Positions 24,751 to 37,254 of a stretch of DNA of 64,000 bases are shown one piece after another. Under the pieces are notes generated by a model, which was given only the letters and a program-made list of their open reading frames with translations, did no database searches and was not told the DNA's origin. Every line of letters begins with the position of its first letter. Within the stretch, counting starts at the first letter, position 1. Source of the DNA: Podarcis pityusensis (taxonomy: Eukaryota); assembly GCA_964106645.2 (NCBI GenBank), contig OZ067052.1, one strand, 5' to 3'. Made by a program: the position numbers and the translations under genes.

Positions 24751-27700
24751 CCCATATCATCTTTATCCCACGGTTGCTCTAGCAACAGTTGCTAAGACAA
24801 CTGTTGAGTTCCTCTCCAATTGGGAGAGGCGGATAATGAGAGTGGAGGAAGAAATATTAGCACCTGCCTGAATAGGATGCTCACCAGACACAGAGTAATA
24901 AAAGATCTATTGGTGTCATATTGAAGGGAAGGTGTCTGTATTAGTGGGGGCTGTGGGGAGTGTTTCTTTCTCAAGCCCCCCTTCCCATTGGCTTCTGTTA
25001 GGTTCTTCTAAACTATTTGTGCCCTGAAGAGAGATCTAGTTGGGCTGAATGAAAAGGAGCATGTCTGTGTGTCCCTGTTAGTTGGGGGGGGGGGGGTTTG
25101 AAGGGAAGGCGGTTCTGTTCTTGACACAGCAGAGGCTGGGGGGGGGCGCAGAGAGGAGGCTGTTTGTATATGAAGTTTCAGGGCTGGTTTTCAACCATTA
25201 ACCTCAACGTCGCATGTGCAAACAGACTAAACTGAGTCAGGCACACACCCCACAGGGTTGTAGTGAAGATAACATGGAGAGGTGGGCAGGGAACAGAACT
25301 ATGCTGCTACTTTGAGGTTCTTGAAGGATAATAACATAATAATAAGCGATAGCACTCTCCAAACTCGTGGTTCCCAGCAAGTGGTATTATATTCAGAGCC
25401 TCTGACGGTGGACACAGAACGTAGCCACTTGGGCTAGTAGCCACTGATAGTCGTGTCCTCCACGAAATTGCCTAATCTTTGCCTTTGCTGGGAATTGCAT
25501 GCAGGGAGAAAGTTGCTTCTGTTGTGTTCAGGTCCTGCTCCTCCTTGGGGGCATCTGCTTGGCCGCTGTGAGGACAGGACTAGATGGGCCCCTTTTGGCC
25601 TGATCCAGCTGCGGCCAGCTCTCTTCGGATGTTCTTAGGAAATGCTGGAGGCCTCCTAGCCTGGAGCAGCTTCTGCGTCTGGAGGGGAGGCAGTGGATGG
25701 AAACAGCGTGGCCGTGTCATCGCAAAGGAGGCTTGCATCAAGGAGCATGAGTCATGGCCGCTGGGTGTGTGGAGATTCCAGCCGTGTGAACCTTGGGGGC
25801 GGGCAGGGGAATCCTGGGAACCAAGGAGCTCCCCAGTGGCCACAGCTCGGCCAGGCTGCCTGTGATAGGCAGTGCCCAGTGGTATGTGTGCTGTGCTGCG
25901 GGGACGGGGGTAGGAGATGTGGGCAAGGCAAGGAGGGCCAAGAGGCCTGTGGTAGAGCCCATGCAGTAGGGCTGGGACAGGCTTCCCGCCTGGTAGCCTG
26001 GAGAGCTGCTGCAGAAAATACCCAGCAAGTTGGACCAATGAATGGGCCCAGCATAAGGTAGCTTCCTGTCTTCCTGCTGAAACGAGCCCTTAGAATCATA
26101 GAGCTGTAGAGTTGGAAGGGACCATGAGGGTCATCCAGTCCAACCCCCTGCAATGCAGGAACCTTTTTGCCCCACGTGAGGCTTAACTCAGAACAATGAG
26201 GACTGGAATCTTGTTTCTTTGTTAGAGGGTGAGCTTTGGCTCTGTGGTAGAGCCCCTCCTTCAAATGCAGAAGGTCCCTGCTTCAATCCTCAGCATCTCC
26301 AGGTAGGGCTGGGAATATCTGCACGGACAGACAGTGACTTTCTAGGGTGCCAGACAAATCCACCTTTCCTTGGATGCTGAAGGTGGTTCCTCTTTTCAAC
26401 CAGACCCCAAAGTCTTTTCCCTCGTCCCGGGAGAGACAAAGCAGCTTAGACTAAACCTATGGGCAGAATCCTGCACAGACCGCCGTGTCCTCAGTCCATC
26501 CCAGATCTGTGTTGTTTTGCAGCCTCTTTCTCCCCACCCCTCCAGGTTCCAAGCCTCCCCCCCCCCCAGTGCCTCTGAGCCCCCCCCCCCCCCGTCCGGC
26601 CAGGAGAGCTGTGCAGACAAGAGCCCTTTTGTCAAGCCAGGAGACCTGTTTCTGGCTTCAATTAGGTGGGAGGCCTGGCTTGGGGGGAGAAGACCCTCGG
26701 GGTCAGTGGCATGCAACTTGCTCTGTCTCGCCGTGGTGCACAGAGCCCTGGGAAGGTGGTCTTGTGAGGTTCATGGGGCTTGTAATGGTGGCACATGGCC
26801 TAAGATTGACCTTCTGTGTATTGGAAGGATTTGGCTAGAGGCAGCTGGACCAACCCCTGGTTTCCTAGTAGTGGCGGCAGTGGCGGCAGCGGTGATGGTG
26901 GTGCTGAGCCTACATAGAGCCTGCTGGATCAGGCCAATGGCCCATCTCATCCAGCACCCTGTTTTCACCTCAGCACATCAGCAGTGCTCTCCCCACTTGC
27001 GATTACCACCACCTGATATACAGAGGCATCATGGCCAGTGTTGTCTTCCATGAGTAGAAGACAAAAGTGTATAAATTGAGGCATGGCATGGAGAAAGTGT
27101 ATAGAGAAGATTCAGGAGAGATGAAAGGAAGGACTTGTTCACGCAGCCCACAGTTAAACTACGGAACTCCCTCCCACATGAGGCAGGGATGGCCTCCAAC
27201 CTGGGTGGCTTTAAAAGAGGATTAGACAAATTCAGGGAGGAGGAGAGGGCTATCTATGCTACTAGCCATGCTTCTGAATACCACTTGGTGGAAACCTCAG
27301 GAGGGGCGAGGGCTCTTGCGGTCCAGTCCTGCGTGCAGGTTTCGTACGCAGGACTCTGGGTGGCCCCTGTGAGAAAAGGATGCTGGACGAGATGGGCCAT
27401 TGGCCTGATCCAGCAGGAACTACATCTGAGGTTCTTCATTTGTCCAATCCTCTTCGGAAGCCATTCAGTATTATTCTTGTTTATAATAATATCACCACCC
27501 CGAGAACCATTATGAATGCACAATGCAGAGGCTCTCTGGAGAGGCCCAGGGAGTATTTCCTTTAAAAAAAAGGCCTTTTTCCTGATAGCAGCTGTGCTCT
27601 CTGCCTCCTTATGGATCAACTGCATGTTATTTACGTATCAGCCTCCCTCAATCAAACAGTGCTCTGGGCAGTTCGTCAGCAGATGGAATTAAACAGCAGC

Positions 27701-30022
27701 CACAAATCAGCAAAGTCTCTGAAGCGGCGCAGCGTCAATCAGCATTTTGAGCTACTTGCAGTAATAATAGTTTTTGCCTTGTTAGCTACGGTCCAGCACA
27801 AACTGTAATTAGTTCAGGGAAAGGGAGTGACTAGGAGAGTAACAACCCTGGACTGCAAGGATAAGGTCTCAGCTGTTCCTTTTACCGAACACGGTATAGT
27901 ATGGGACTCGCCAACCTTTTTGGGACCAGAGGGCATGTTTCAGATTTTGAGTGCTGTAGGCGCCAGTCACAAAATGGCAGCAGGAGGGGGGGGCATAATG
28001 CAAAATTAGAGAGTCAGCCACCCCAACAACCTTATACTGACCATGGGGAGTCAGCTGTGTCCTGCTGGTCCTGATTGTAGAGATTGCACAATATTGATTT
28101 TGCACAAGCACAGAAACGCAGGTGCTGTTGCTGTCGAGTAAGCAACAGGGAGCATTCCTCAGCACCAGGAAAAACAAAAAAAAAGGTGTGCACATCACAT
28201 TCTCATTTCACAGAAACGGCTTAGAAGGTCCCTGCACACTTTGCACCGTAACTTTCTTTCTAGAAAGGCTAGAGACTTGCTTGTTTTTAAAATGGAAAGT
28301 CAAAGTCTAGACCAGTGTTTCCCAAACTTGGGTCTCCAGCTGTTTTTGGACTACAGTTCCCATCATCCCTGACCACTGGTCCTGCTAGCTAGGGATGATG
28401 GGAGTTGTAGTCCAAAAACAGCTGGAGACCCAAGTTTGGGAATCTAGGGCAACTGCTGAGAGACACCTGAGTTAATCCCCACAACAACCCTGTGAGATGG
28501 GTTAGGCTGAGAGGCAGTGACTGGCCCCAGGTCACACCCAGTGAGCTTCATGGCCAAGTTGGGATTTGAACCCAGGTCTCCCAGCTCCTAGTTTGACACT
28601 CTGACCGCACTGGCTGCATTGACAAGCTCCTTTGAGGTGTGTGTGCAGCTGCTAGGCTTAGATTGCATATTTCTCTCTTAAATAAAAGCAGAGTGCCTCT
28701 GTGCCACAAGCAGAGTGCATTTCCCTTACCGACTAGCTGCTTCAAGCTGTCGAACCTGTTATGGCCCTGCATGTGGGCTTCTTGCTGAGACATCTGGTTG
28801 GCCACTGTGAGGACAGAACGTTTTGTTCTTAATTCTAGCTGGGGAATTTGTGAAACAGACTTCTCCTTTTTTGTTTTAGAAACTCTGCTTATTTTGCCCT
28901 GTTATATCTACGTCAGTGGTTCCCAAACTTTTTTTGGGGGGCCCTGCCCCCCTCCCTGCTGGTTCCATATACTCACCCGCAGTTCCCCCCTACCCTATAA
29001 AAAGCATTCAGAATAGTGATCTGCACAACCCACTAAAGAAGATAATAATACAATAAAATTCAAAGCAGTAACGATTAATTGCACATTTGTTCGAAATCCA
29101 ATTAAAACTATTGAGTTTAATTAATCCAACAAGACTGATGACCTTGATAATCGGTTGGGTTGTTTTGAACGGATGAGCCAATGATTCCGGATTGTCACCA
29201 TCCCTGACCTGTTGGCTGTGCTAGGAGTCTTGCAGCATTTTGGGCAGGGGACACAGATGTTCCCCCCCCCCCAGCACCACCCAACTTCGGAGTTTTAAGG
29301 TTTTTGTGGCCTTGGAGGACCCTCTTCAGGATGCCCCTGATTGCTGACAGGTGCCTTCCAGCTGGGAATGGGGGCAGAGAATGAGGCCAGCTTATGGGGG
29401 AATCCTGGAGGTTTAAAGGAGGAGAAGGAGGAGGCCTCTGCTGCTGTCTGCCCCCCTCCCATCACCACCACATTGGCTTCTCATTTTCAAAGGAACATTC
29501 CAAACTGAGCTTGCTGTTTAACTCTTGCTTCTACTCCGAGGGAGAGGGATGGAAGGAGAGACAGATGGAGACATTGGTGGAAACCTGGTGTTCTTGACCA
29601 CATCAAGCAGGGGAATCAGGATGTGTTAAAGACCACTGGTTTTGTCGGGGGGGGGGCGGTGTTTCATCCTTGGGTGTGATCCAAAAATGCAAACCTTACC
29701 ATCTTTTAGTATTATGAAAGACCTAACGTGAGCCGTGATGTACCCCCGGCACCTGTTTTCCACGCCTGGGTTATGTGGCATGGTGCAAGTGCCTCTGAGC
29801 ATGGACAGAGAGCCGGGGCCTGTTGCTTGCTCATGAGTCACCGCAGCCAGTTCTTGACACTGGAAGGCAGGGCCTTCCTTCACCAGCAGGTTGTCAGAAG
29901 GAGTCGCGTTTATACAGTGGTACCTCGCGTTACAGACGCTTCAGGTTACAGACTCCATTAACCCAGAAATAGTACCTCGGGTTAAGAACTTTGCTTCAGG
30001 ATGAGAACAGAAATCGTGCGGC

Positions 30023-30057
<35 letters not shown>

Positions 30058-33000
30058 GCCCCATTAGTTAAAGTGGTACCTCAGGTTAAGAACAGTTTTG
30101 GGTTAAGAACGGACCTCCAGAACGAATTAAGTTCTTAACCGTTGGTACCACTGTACTTCACTGCAGGGCTTGCTGACAAGACTTTAAAAAGCTGATTGCT
30201 GGCTGGGGCCAACGAGACTCGTAGTCCCTGACGGCACCAGGTTGGGGAAGTCTGGGGAGGACTCTGTGTGCTTGAGACCCTGAAAAGCAGCTGCTAGTCA
30301 GAGTAAACTGGCCTAGACGGACTAATGGCCTAGATGGACTAATGGTCTGGTGTAAGGCTTTATGTCGTTAAAAAATGGAAGCGCTTTGGCTTCAGGTTCT
30401 GTGTGTTCTCGCAGAGAGCATGTGTTGAAATGCACACCTGCACTGTGAGGGAATCGTGCTCAATCTTGAACGCCTGCCGCAATCTCAGAGCGCCAGGTAA
30501 TAGCTGGGCCACAAAATCCCTTCGTAGATAAGTGCCGGTTTAGTATATCCATTTGAGTATTGGACTGAAAAGTGTGGAGACGCAGGATTTTATCCAAGGC
30601 TAGTTCTGCTCAGAGTAGACCCACTGAAATTAATGAACATGCCTGCCTTATGTTCTTTAATTCCAATGGGTCTCCCCTGAGTAGGACAAGCCCACAGATT
30701 TGCATCCTTGCTTAGCATATTGGGTGATATCTCTCAGCCTGGTCTAGCTCACAGGGTTGTTTTTAGTATAAAATAGAGGAGGGAAAGAAAATTATAACAA
30801 ACTTAGAATGTTAGCAACCCAACAATCCTTACTTAGCTTAATTCTCAACCCTGTGAATTCTTTTGCTCGCAGATCTACCAATTAGCAGCAGCATCTACAA
30901 GTTTTCCACTGATTTTCTGTCTGATATAAAAGAATCTAGACCAAATAACGGAGCAAAGGGGGTCGGAAACTGACTTGTTTTGGTAGCTTGTGCTCAGGAG
31001 GGGACATCTGGCTGGCCGCTCACAGGGACAGATGGGTTAGCGCCTCCATCTGATGATCCAGCACAGGGAGATATTGATGCTGCTTTTATCGAGAGCTGCC
31101 CACCCCCTAAAAGGCACCAACCCACGGGCCACTGGCAACCCAGCGACTAATCCTCTTGAGAAAGTCTGTGCATGACTTAGGGAAGAGGGAAACAGCCTGG
31201 CGCTTAAGGGGTTAACCCAGTAGGGGGAAAGGGGGGGTGGAGAAGCTGCTAGGAAGGGGGCTTTCCTTGCTCCAGCCGTGAGAGGGAGTGTTCCCCTCAA
31301 GTCAAGTCGGAGAGGATGCTGGAGAGATGAGGGGCTCTTTCTTGCAAAGTCTCTGAGGTTGCACGGGAACCGGCTGCCTCCAGGATGCCCCCCGCCTCAA
31401 ACTGCTAGCCAAAAAGGAGAGCAGACCCTCTCGGAAATCTTTGGCATCTCCTCATCCATTGCTGATTTCCGGGGGTGCTCCCTGCACCCAAGCAAACCCC
31501 CCCCCCGAAGTGGGGAGAAAGCCAGCAAGATGACAGAGGTGCTGGTGCAAACCCCTGAATGCCCGCTCAACCTGGCCTCTGAGCGGCTGGACCACTGCTC
31601 CCTGGACAGCTTGGAGGAAGAAGCCTCCGAGGGCAAGCGGACCGCCCCCAACACCGGGTCCAGGCTGTGGGGCCGGGTGCGCAGCAAGCTCCTTCGTCAA
31701 AAGGTGCACAGGGTGGGCTGGGGGTTGCTCTTGCTTGCATCTCTCTGCTTATTTTGGGAGGGGGAGAGGGGAGAAATGACTGGTGCATATGCTACTGTCT
31801 CCTGCTGCAGTGAAAGGCATCACTTTTGTGGCTGCGCAGTTAAATTTTTGGGGAGCTGTGTTCTCAAGATTTGTCTCCTTTTCCGAACTCCGCATCAACT
31901 TGCAGTTCTCTCCCTCCTCTGGCGGGTGGGGAGTCAAATTGCCTCTCAGGGTACACCCAAAGCTTTCATTTCAGACCCCCTTTTTTTCTCTTCACAGCCT
32001 TGCTGTGGGAATCCCCCACCCACCATGTGAGATAGCTACTACAGCTCCGTTACCCTGAGCTCCTGCTGGTGCCTTCTTTTGGTCATGGCATAATGTAGGG
32101 TGGGAGTTGTACATACTGAGATCTAGCTGCTTGCGGAGTTCACGGACTAAGAGGGTGATGCGACATGCAAAGGAGAGTAGCTGGACGCTTCTGACACTTG
32201 TTTAGGCTCCATACTTCTCGGGCTAGGGAGATAGTTTGGATGTTTTCTGGCTGTCTCAAAGTTGGTTAATTTCTTTTTAAAAAGAGACCTTCATTTTTAC
32301 CTTCATTTCATAACCTCATAAACCTTGGGGCTGACTGACTCTTAAAGCAGTGCAGAAGGTGTACTCTGTGGGGTTTTTAGAGAGCACTGGCTACTTTGAA
32401 AGAATAGGTTCTGGGGCTGAGATCGCTCCCAATCCCTTCCCAGCTGGCATGACTGCAGCATGAGTTCTCCCCAAAGTCTGGTCTCTTAGGAGAGAACGGG
32501 TCAGCGCTCCTGGGCTGCTGACATGCAGGGAATGTGAGACGCACTTTGTGCAAACGTCTCCGGAGCTACTGGCATTTTTTTGTTTTGTTTCGTCCTTTCA
32601 AAGGTGACCGCGGAGGGACGTGCGGGTCAAAAACGCTGCCTCAGGGCTTCCAGGGGACACCCAAGGACTAACTGCACCAGGCGCGGGACACCCCAGCCTT
32701 CCTGCACACACTCTGTCGCCTTATCCTTGCTGGAATCTTCTAGCCCAAAGTTCCTTAGTGTTTTTGCATGTGTGTTTATGCAATCTCTAGGTTTCTAGAG
32801 GTGCATAAAAAGACTGGCTGCCTTAATGCCTTTTCCTGACTGTAGCTTTGAGAGATGGGATGGGGGGAGCTTGCTTTTCAGGACGCTTAAGGTTCAGCCG
32901 CTGGACTCTCTGGATAGGGCTGGGGGTTTTCTTTGCCCAAAATCCTGGAGAGCCGCTGCTGGCTAGCATCGAATGCTCCTGAGCTGGATGAGCCAGTGGT

Positions 33001-36000
33001 GCAGCTTCCTCTGTTCCTGTTTAAACTGGCCCAGCATTCCTTAATTCCAAACCATGAGGACCGGGATCTTGCTTTATTGTTCCAAGGAAAGGGCTGCAGC
33101 TCAGCTGAACAGCATCTGCTTGCAATTCCGAAGGGCTGACCCGGTCCCTTCAAGGACCGCAGTGGTGAAAAAGTTGTTCTGTACCCCTGGCGTTCATATT
33201 GCAGGAGGTCTGGAGAGGGGCCCTCCCTCATGCAATTGTTTTTATAAAGTGGGGCATGATTTAGTTAGGAGTGGAACTTGTGGATTTAATTAGCAGCCCC
33301 TTTCCTCTCCCCCCACAGTTATTTGAGCTCTGACACCCCCTACAGCACCTTCTGTGTCCGCTTCTATATAGGTGAAGATCTTATCCTCAGCTCTTGTTTT
33401 GAACATGGAAATGGGTTGTGTGTGTGTACTCAAGAGTCTTTAAGGTAGATCAGCAGTTTTGAACTGTAGCACCCTTAAGACAGGGTGCAAGAAGAGACGG
33501 TATGTGTGTGTCTCATCCCTTTAGGTGTGAAGTTGAGGGGGGGGGTGTCTCATGACAGTTGGTGAGGATCAAAAGACCCACATGGTTTGTTGTGCCAAAG
33601 TTTAATTTCCAGGGAGCACAAGGTGCAGTCGTGGTGTGTGATCTGCATGGATTCCCTGTGGTTTTTGTTTTTCTTTGCACTGGCTGCCCCAAGGGGAAAC
33701 TGAGCCCACAGGGCCAGGGCAGGGTCTCCTTGTAAAGACTATTACTGACTCTCACTGTTCTGCCTGGCTGGTTTTGTTGTGATGTAGCGTTCAGGCACCA
33801 TTGACCTGATTTTTGTGCCTCCTGCTGATTGGCTGGCTGGTCTCCAACTAACCCAGAGGCAGTGTCCTCTCCTGCTGTTTTACTGTCCTGGGGGGCCACT
33901 CCATGACACAGCAGGATGATGTGCCTTCAGCAGAGGGTGCCTGTTGCCTCCCTGTGCGAGTCACTGATCTGTGTCAGAATTCTGGGTCCACAAGAGTCTC
34001 TGTCTGTCTCTCTTTCGTGCGCGTGTGTGCGTGCGTGCGCACTAACAGTCAAGCATATCTTTACTTCAGAGGATGGGAGCCCCCACCCTCGCCTCAAAAA
34101 TTGGCTAGTATGAATTTTGCGAACACTGCTGCACCTCCCTTTCATTATTTTTTATTTTGTTTATTAATAGCTTCCCATTAGGCATACCAAAACAATGTAC
34201 AATACAGTGGTTAAGTACTTAATTCGTTCCGGAGGGCCGTTCTTAACCTGAAACTGTTCTTAACCTGAAGCACCACTTTAGCCAATGGGGCCTCCTGCTG
34301 CCGCCGCGCCGCCGGAGCACGATTTCTGTTCTCATCCTGAAGCAAAGTTCTTAACCCGAGGTAATATTTCTGGGTTAGCGGAGTCTGTAACCTGAAGCGT
34401 ATGTAACCTGAAGCGTATGTAACCTGAGGTACCACTGTAAAGTGACATAAATATAAAACAGTTTACACGCACGCACACACACACACAAAAACATGGCAAG
34501 TGGTTTCTCCCCTTCTGGGAGCAGAGATCAGGTTGATGGCTTAGCGCTCCCTCCCCTTGTTGCTTTGCTGTCTGCCAGGAGGGAGCCAGACTCTCTCTCT
34601 GGAAAGTGGTTATTGGCCAGCAGGCTTTCTGGTCCAGTGGGGCTGAGCGGCTGTTGCCATGCTAACTGTCTGGTGATGGGAATTGGAGCAGAGCGGCTGG
34701 TGAGGCCTAAAGCGCTGCAGAGCTCCCGGGACGATGCCTGAGGATGAAGGCCCCCTTCATTGGAGGGCGTCTGCAGGGAATTGATCCGGACCATCTATGC
34801 ATGCCATAGAATTGCTGGGCTGTTGGGGGCGTGGGCGGTCTGGACCTCTGAGGGTCTCCTATCCGGCGCAGCCGCCAACGGCATCCCGGCTGAGCCTGGA
34901 AGGGCTGATAAGGCCCAGGGTGTCGGGGGCTGCAGGTCACCTTCTGTGATGGGACCAGAATATTTCCCTGGGATCCTCAGCAGAGGACAGATCTCCTTAG
35001 GCGTTTTTTGTGCCAATTTGATTTGCTGTGACTCCCCCTTCTCCGTTTAATACTAGAGAAGTTTGTGGGTGAGCCATCATTTTCGTGGCAGCACCCCAGC
35101 TTTGAGTGTAGAAGGTCCTGGGTTCAGTCGCCAGCATCCCCTTGCCTAAAACCCTGGAGAGCTGCTGCCAGTCCGTGCAGGAAATCAAGGGGCCCAGTGG
35201 TGTGACTCGATAAAAGGCCCCTTTCAGCATTCCTGTTTTCACCCCTTCAGATCAGACCCTCGAAGACTAGAGCTTTGTTTTTAATATTAGGGAAGGGACC
35301 CTGAGATGCAGCTTCCTATGTTATTCTCTTGCACAACTAGACATGGCTGCAGTTTTCTGCTCTGGCTTGCCCTGCAGATCAGCTTGAGGGGAAGGGACAT
35401 TCTGTGCATGCTCAGGGAGACTCTCTCCTTCCCTTCACCCATTCAGGGCTGGGCTCCAGCAACTCTGCTGTGGCTGTTGTTGTTTTTAATTAGAAGCACG
35501 GGCCTCCCTTGTTTTGAGTGTGTCTATCCGCGTGTGCAAGGGCGGGCGGGGGGACGTGCAACAGGTGGCCATGCTTGTTGTCCGCCAAGGTTGGCACGAG
35601 GCCCTCACTGAGATGAGATGCTAAGCAGGCAGGAGAAGCAGCTGTGCGCGAGAGAGAGCTTGTTTCCTGGGGTCTTTTGTGTTCAGCTCTCTCCACGGGG
35701 GATGGAGGCGGCGCCCGTCTCCCGGAGCTGGCGTGCGCTCTTGTTGGGGGGCGGCGGGGGTGTGTGGCTTTCCTGCCAGAGATATCCTTCCCTCCTTTCC
35801 ATGGGACCACCCAGGATCCAGGAGGTGACACTTGACGTATCAGCAGCTCTCTTTCCCCCCCATTCCTTTCCCCAATGAAAGATCACATCACACCCGATTC
35901 CAGCCCAGATGGTGCCGGCCCTAATATTAGGCAAAGTGAACCAGCTGCCATTGATAGCCTTTGTTCTCCCTCCACCGTCGGAGGCAGTAGATGCTTCTAA

Positions 36001-37222
36001 ATGCTGGTCGCTGGGAATCGTATGCGGAAAGGGTGCTGCTGTTGCACTCAGGTCCTGCTTGTGGGCTTCCCCATAGGGGCAATATGGTCGGCCACCCTGA
36101 GGACAGGCGGCTGGGCTGGATGGGCTCACTTTGAGCTGGTCTAGCAGCTGCAGGACTTTTCTTCTGTTGGAGGACAGAGTGGACTGTGTCCAATGGGCTG
36201 CCTTTTGCCCACTGAGCTGCCTCCAGGTATCCTGGGGGATGCTGTCTAGTGACAAGGCTTGAAGTAAGATTTGGCTGTCCATCCAGCTGGTTTCTGTACA
36301 GTGAGCTTGGGAGGGGACTGACTCGTCCTCCTGGCGGGCAGCAAAATGTCTTGGGCCAGCATGCCATTGGTCACCAATGGACTGGAGTTGTAAACCAATA
36401 ACATTGGGTGGGGGAGGGCACATGCCCCCCAGGCTGATCAATTTAGCACACTCCTTTCCCCCCAAGGGGCAGAAGATGGCATACATGGTTGTCTCCACCA
36501 CCTTGTTTTATGCTCACAACGACCCTGTCAGGCTGAGAGTTGACCTAAGCAGAGGGGTTTGAACCCGGGTCTCCCCTCGCCCTAATCCAGTTTTGTGACC
36601 AGACCACCTACACCCTGACAAGCGCTGCTTGGAGATTCAGGGCAGAGGATCCCACAGCTGGTCATTGTGAACGGTGAGGATAGGCTTTAAAATGGCATTA
36701 GACCAATACATGGCTGTGTGTGTGCTGCCCCATTTGCCTTGACAGACAACACACTGCTTCTTATGCCCTCCTGCTTGTGAGCTAAGCTGTACTTAGATCG
36801 TCCAGTCTAGTGAGACTTTGTCGTTGCTGCTTTTCTGGTGTGTGTATGTTTTGCTCTCCCCACCCTGTTCCTGAAGGTTGCCGAGTTGGTGTCTCAGCCT
36901 TTTTCTGCAGAAGATCTCCGCTCTCTTCTGCTTGCATCGCCAGTTCTCGCCAGAGCACAGCAGAGGAGGTTGGCACGCCAGGTCTCAAGGGCCCTTTCGG
37001 AACCTGAGACCATCCCGACATTGTGGATGTGCAGCGACACCTGATGTGGTGTTGCTGGGGCAGGTTGTGTTACCGTTGTCATCACCAGCACCAGCATTTT
37101 ATTCATGTGCCACTTTCACAACTGTGACGAAAGGCTGCAGTGTCTGGGGCTTTTTAGTTTATAGAAAAGGCAAGATAGAAGTATATGCAATTTTACATGG
37201 CAATGTGAAAGTGGAGAGATTT

Positions 37223-37254
<32 letters not shown>

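Noticed and set aside
25083-25147. G-homopolymer runs as G-quadruplexes (also 16808, 50994)
   Set aside because: Simple homopolymers are common throughout the window and their lengths may be sequencing-dependent
31278-32030. 250-aa ORF
   Set aside because: Only 31530-31703 is exon-like; the upstream part starts at GTG with no Met and the downstream part is intron read-through. A non-AUG extension is unsupported.
35683-36501. 272-aa minus-strand ORF (likewise 26370-27053 and 41471-42052)
   Set aside because: Runs through CR1/SINE remnants and GC-rich DNA; no recognisable domain or splice structure
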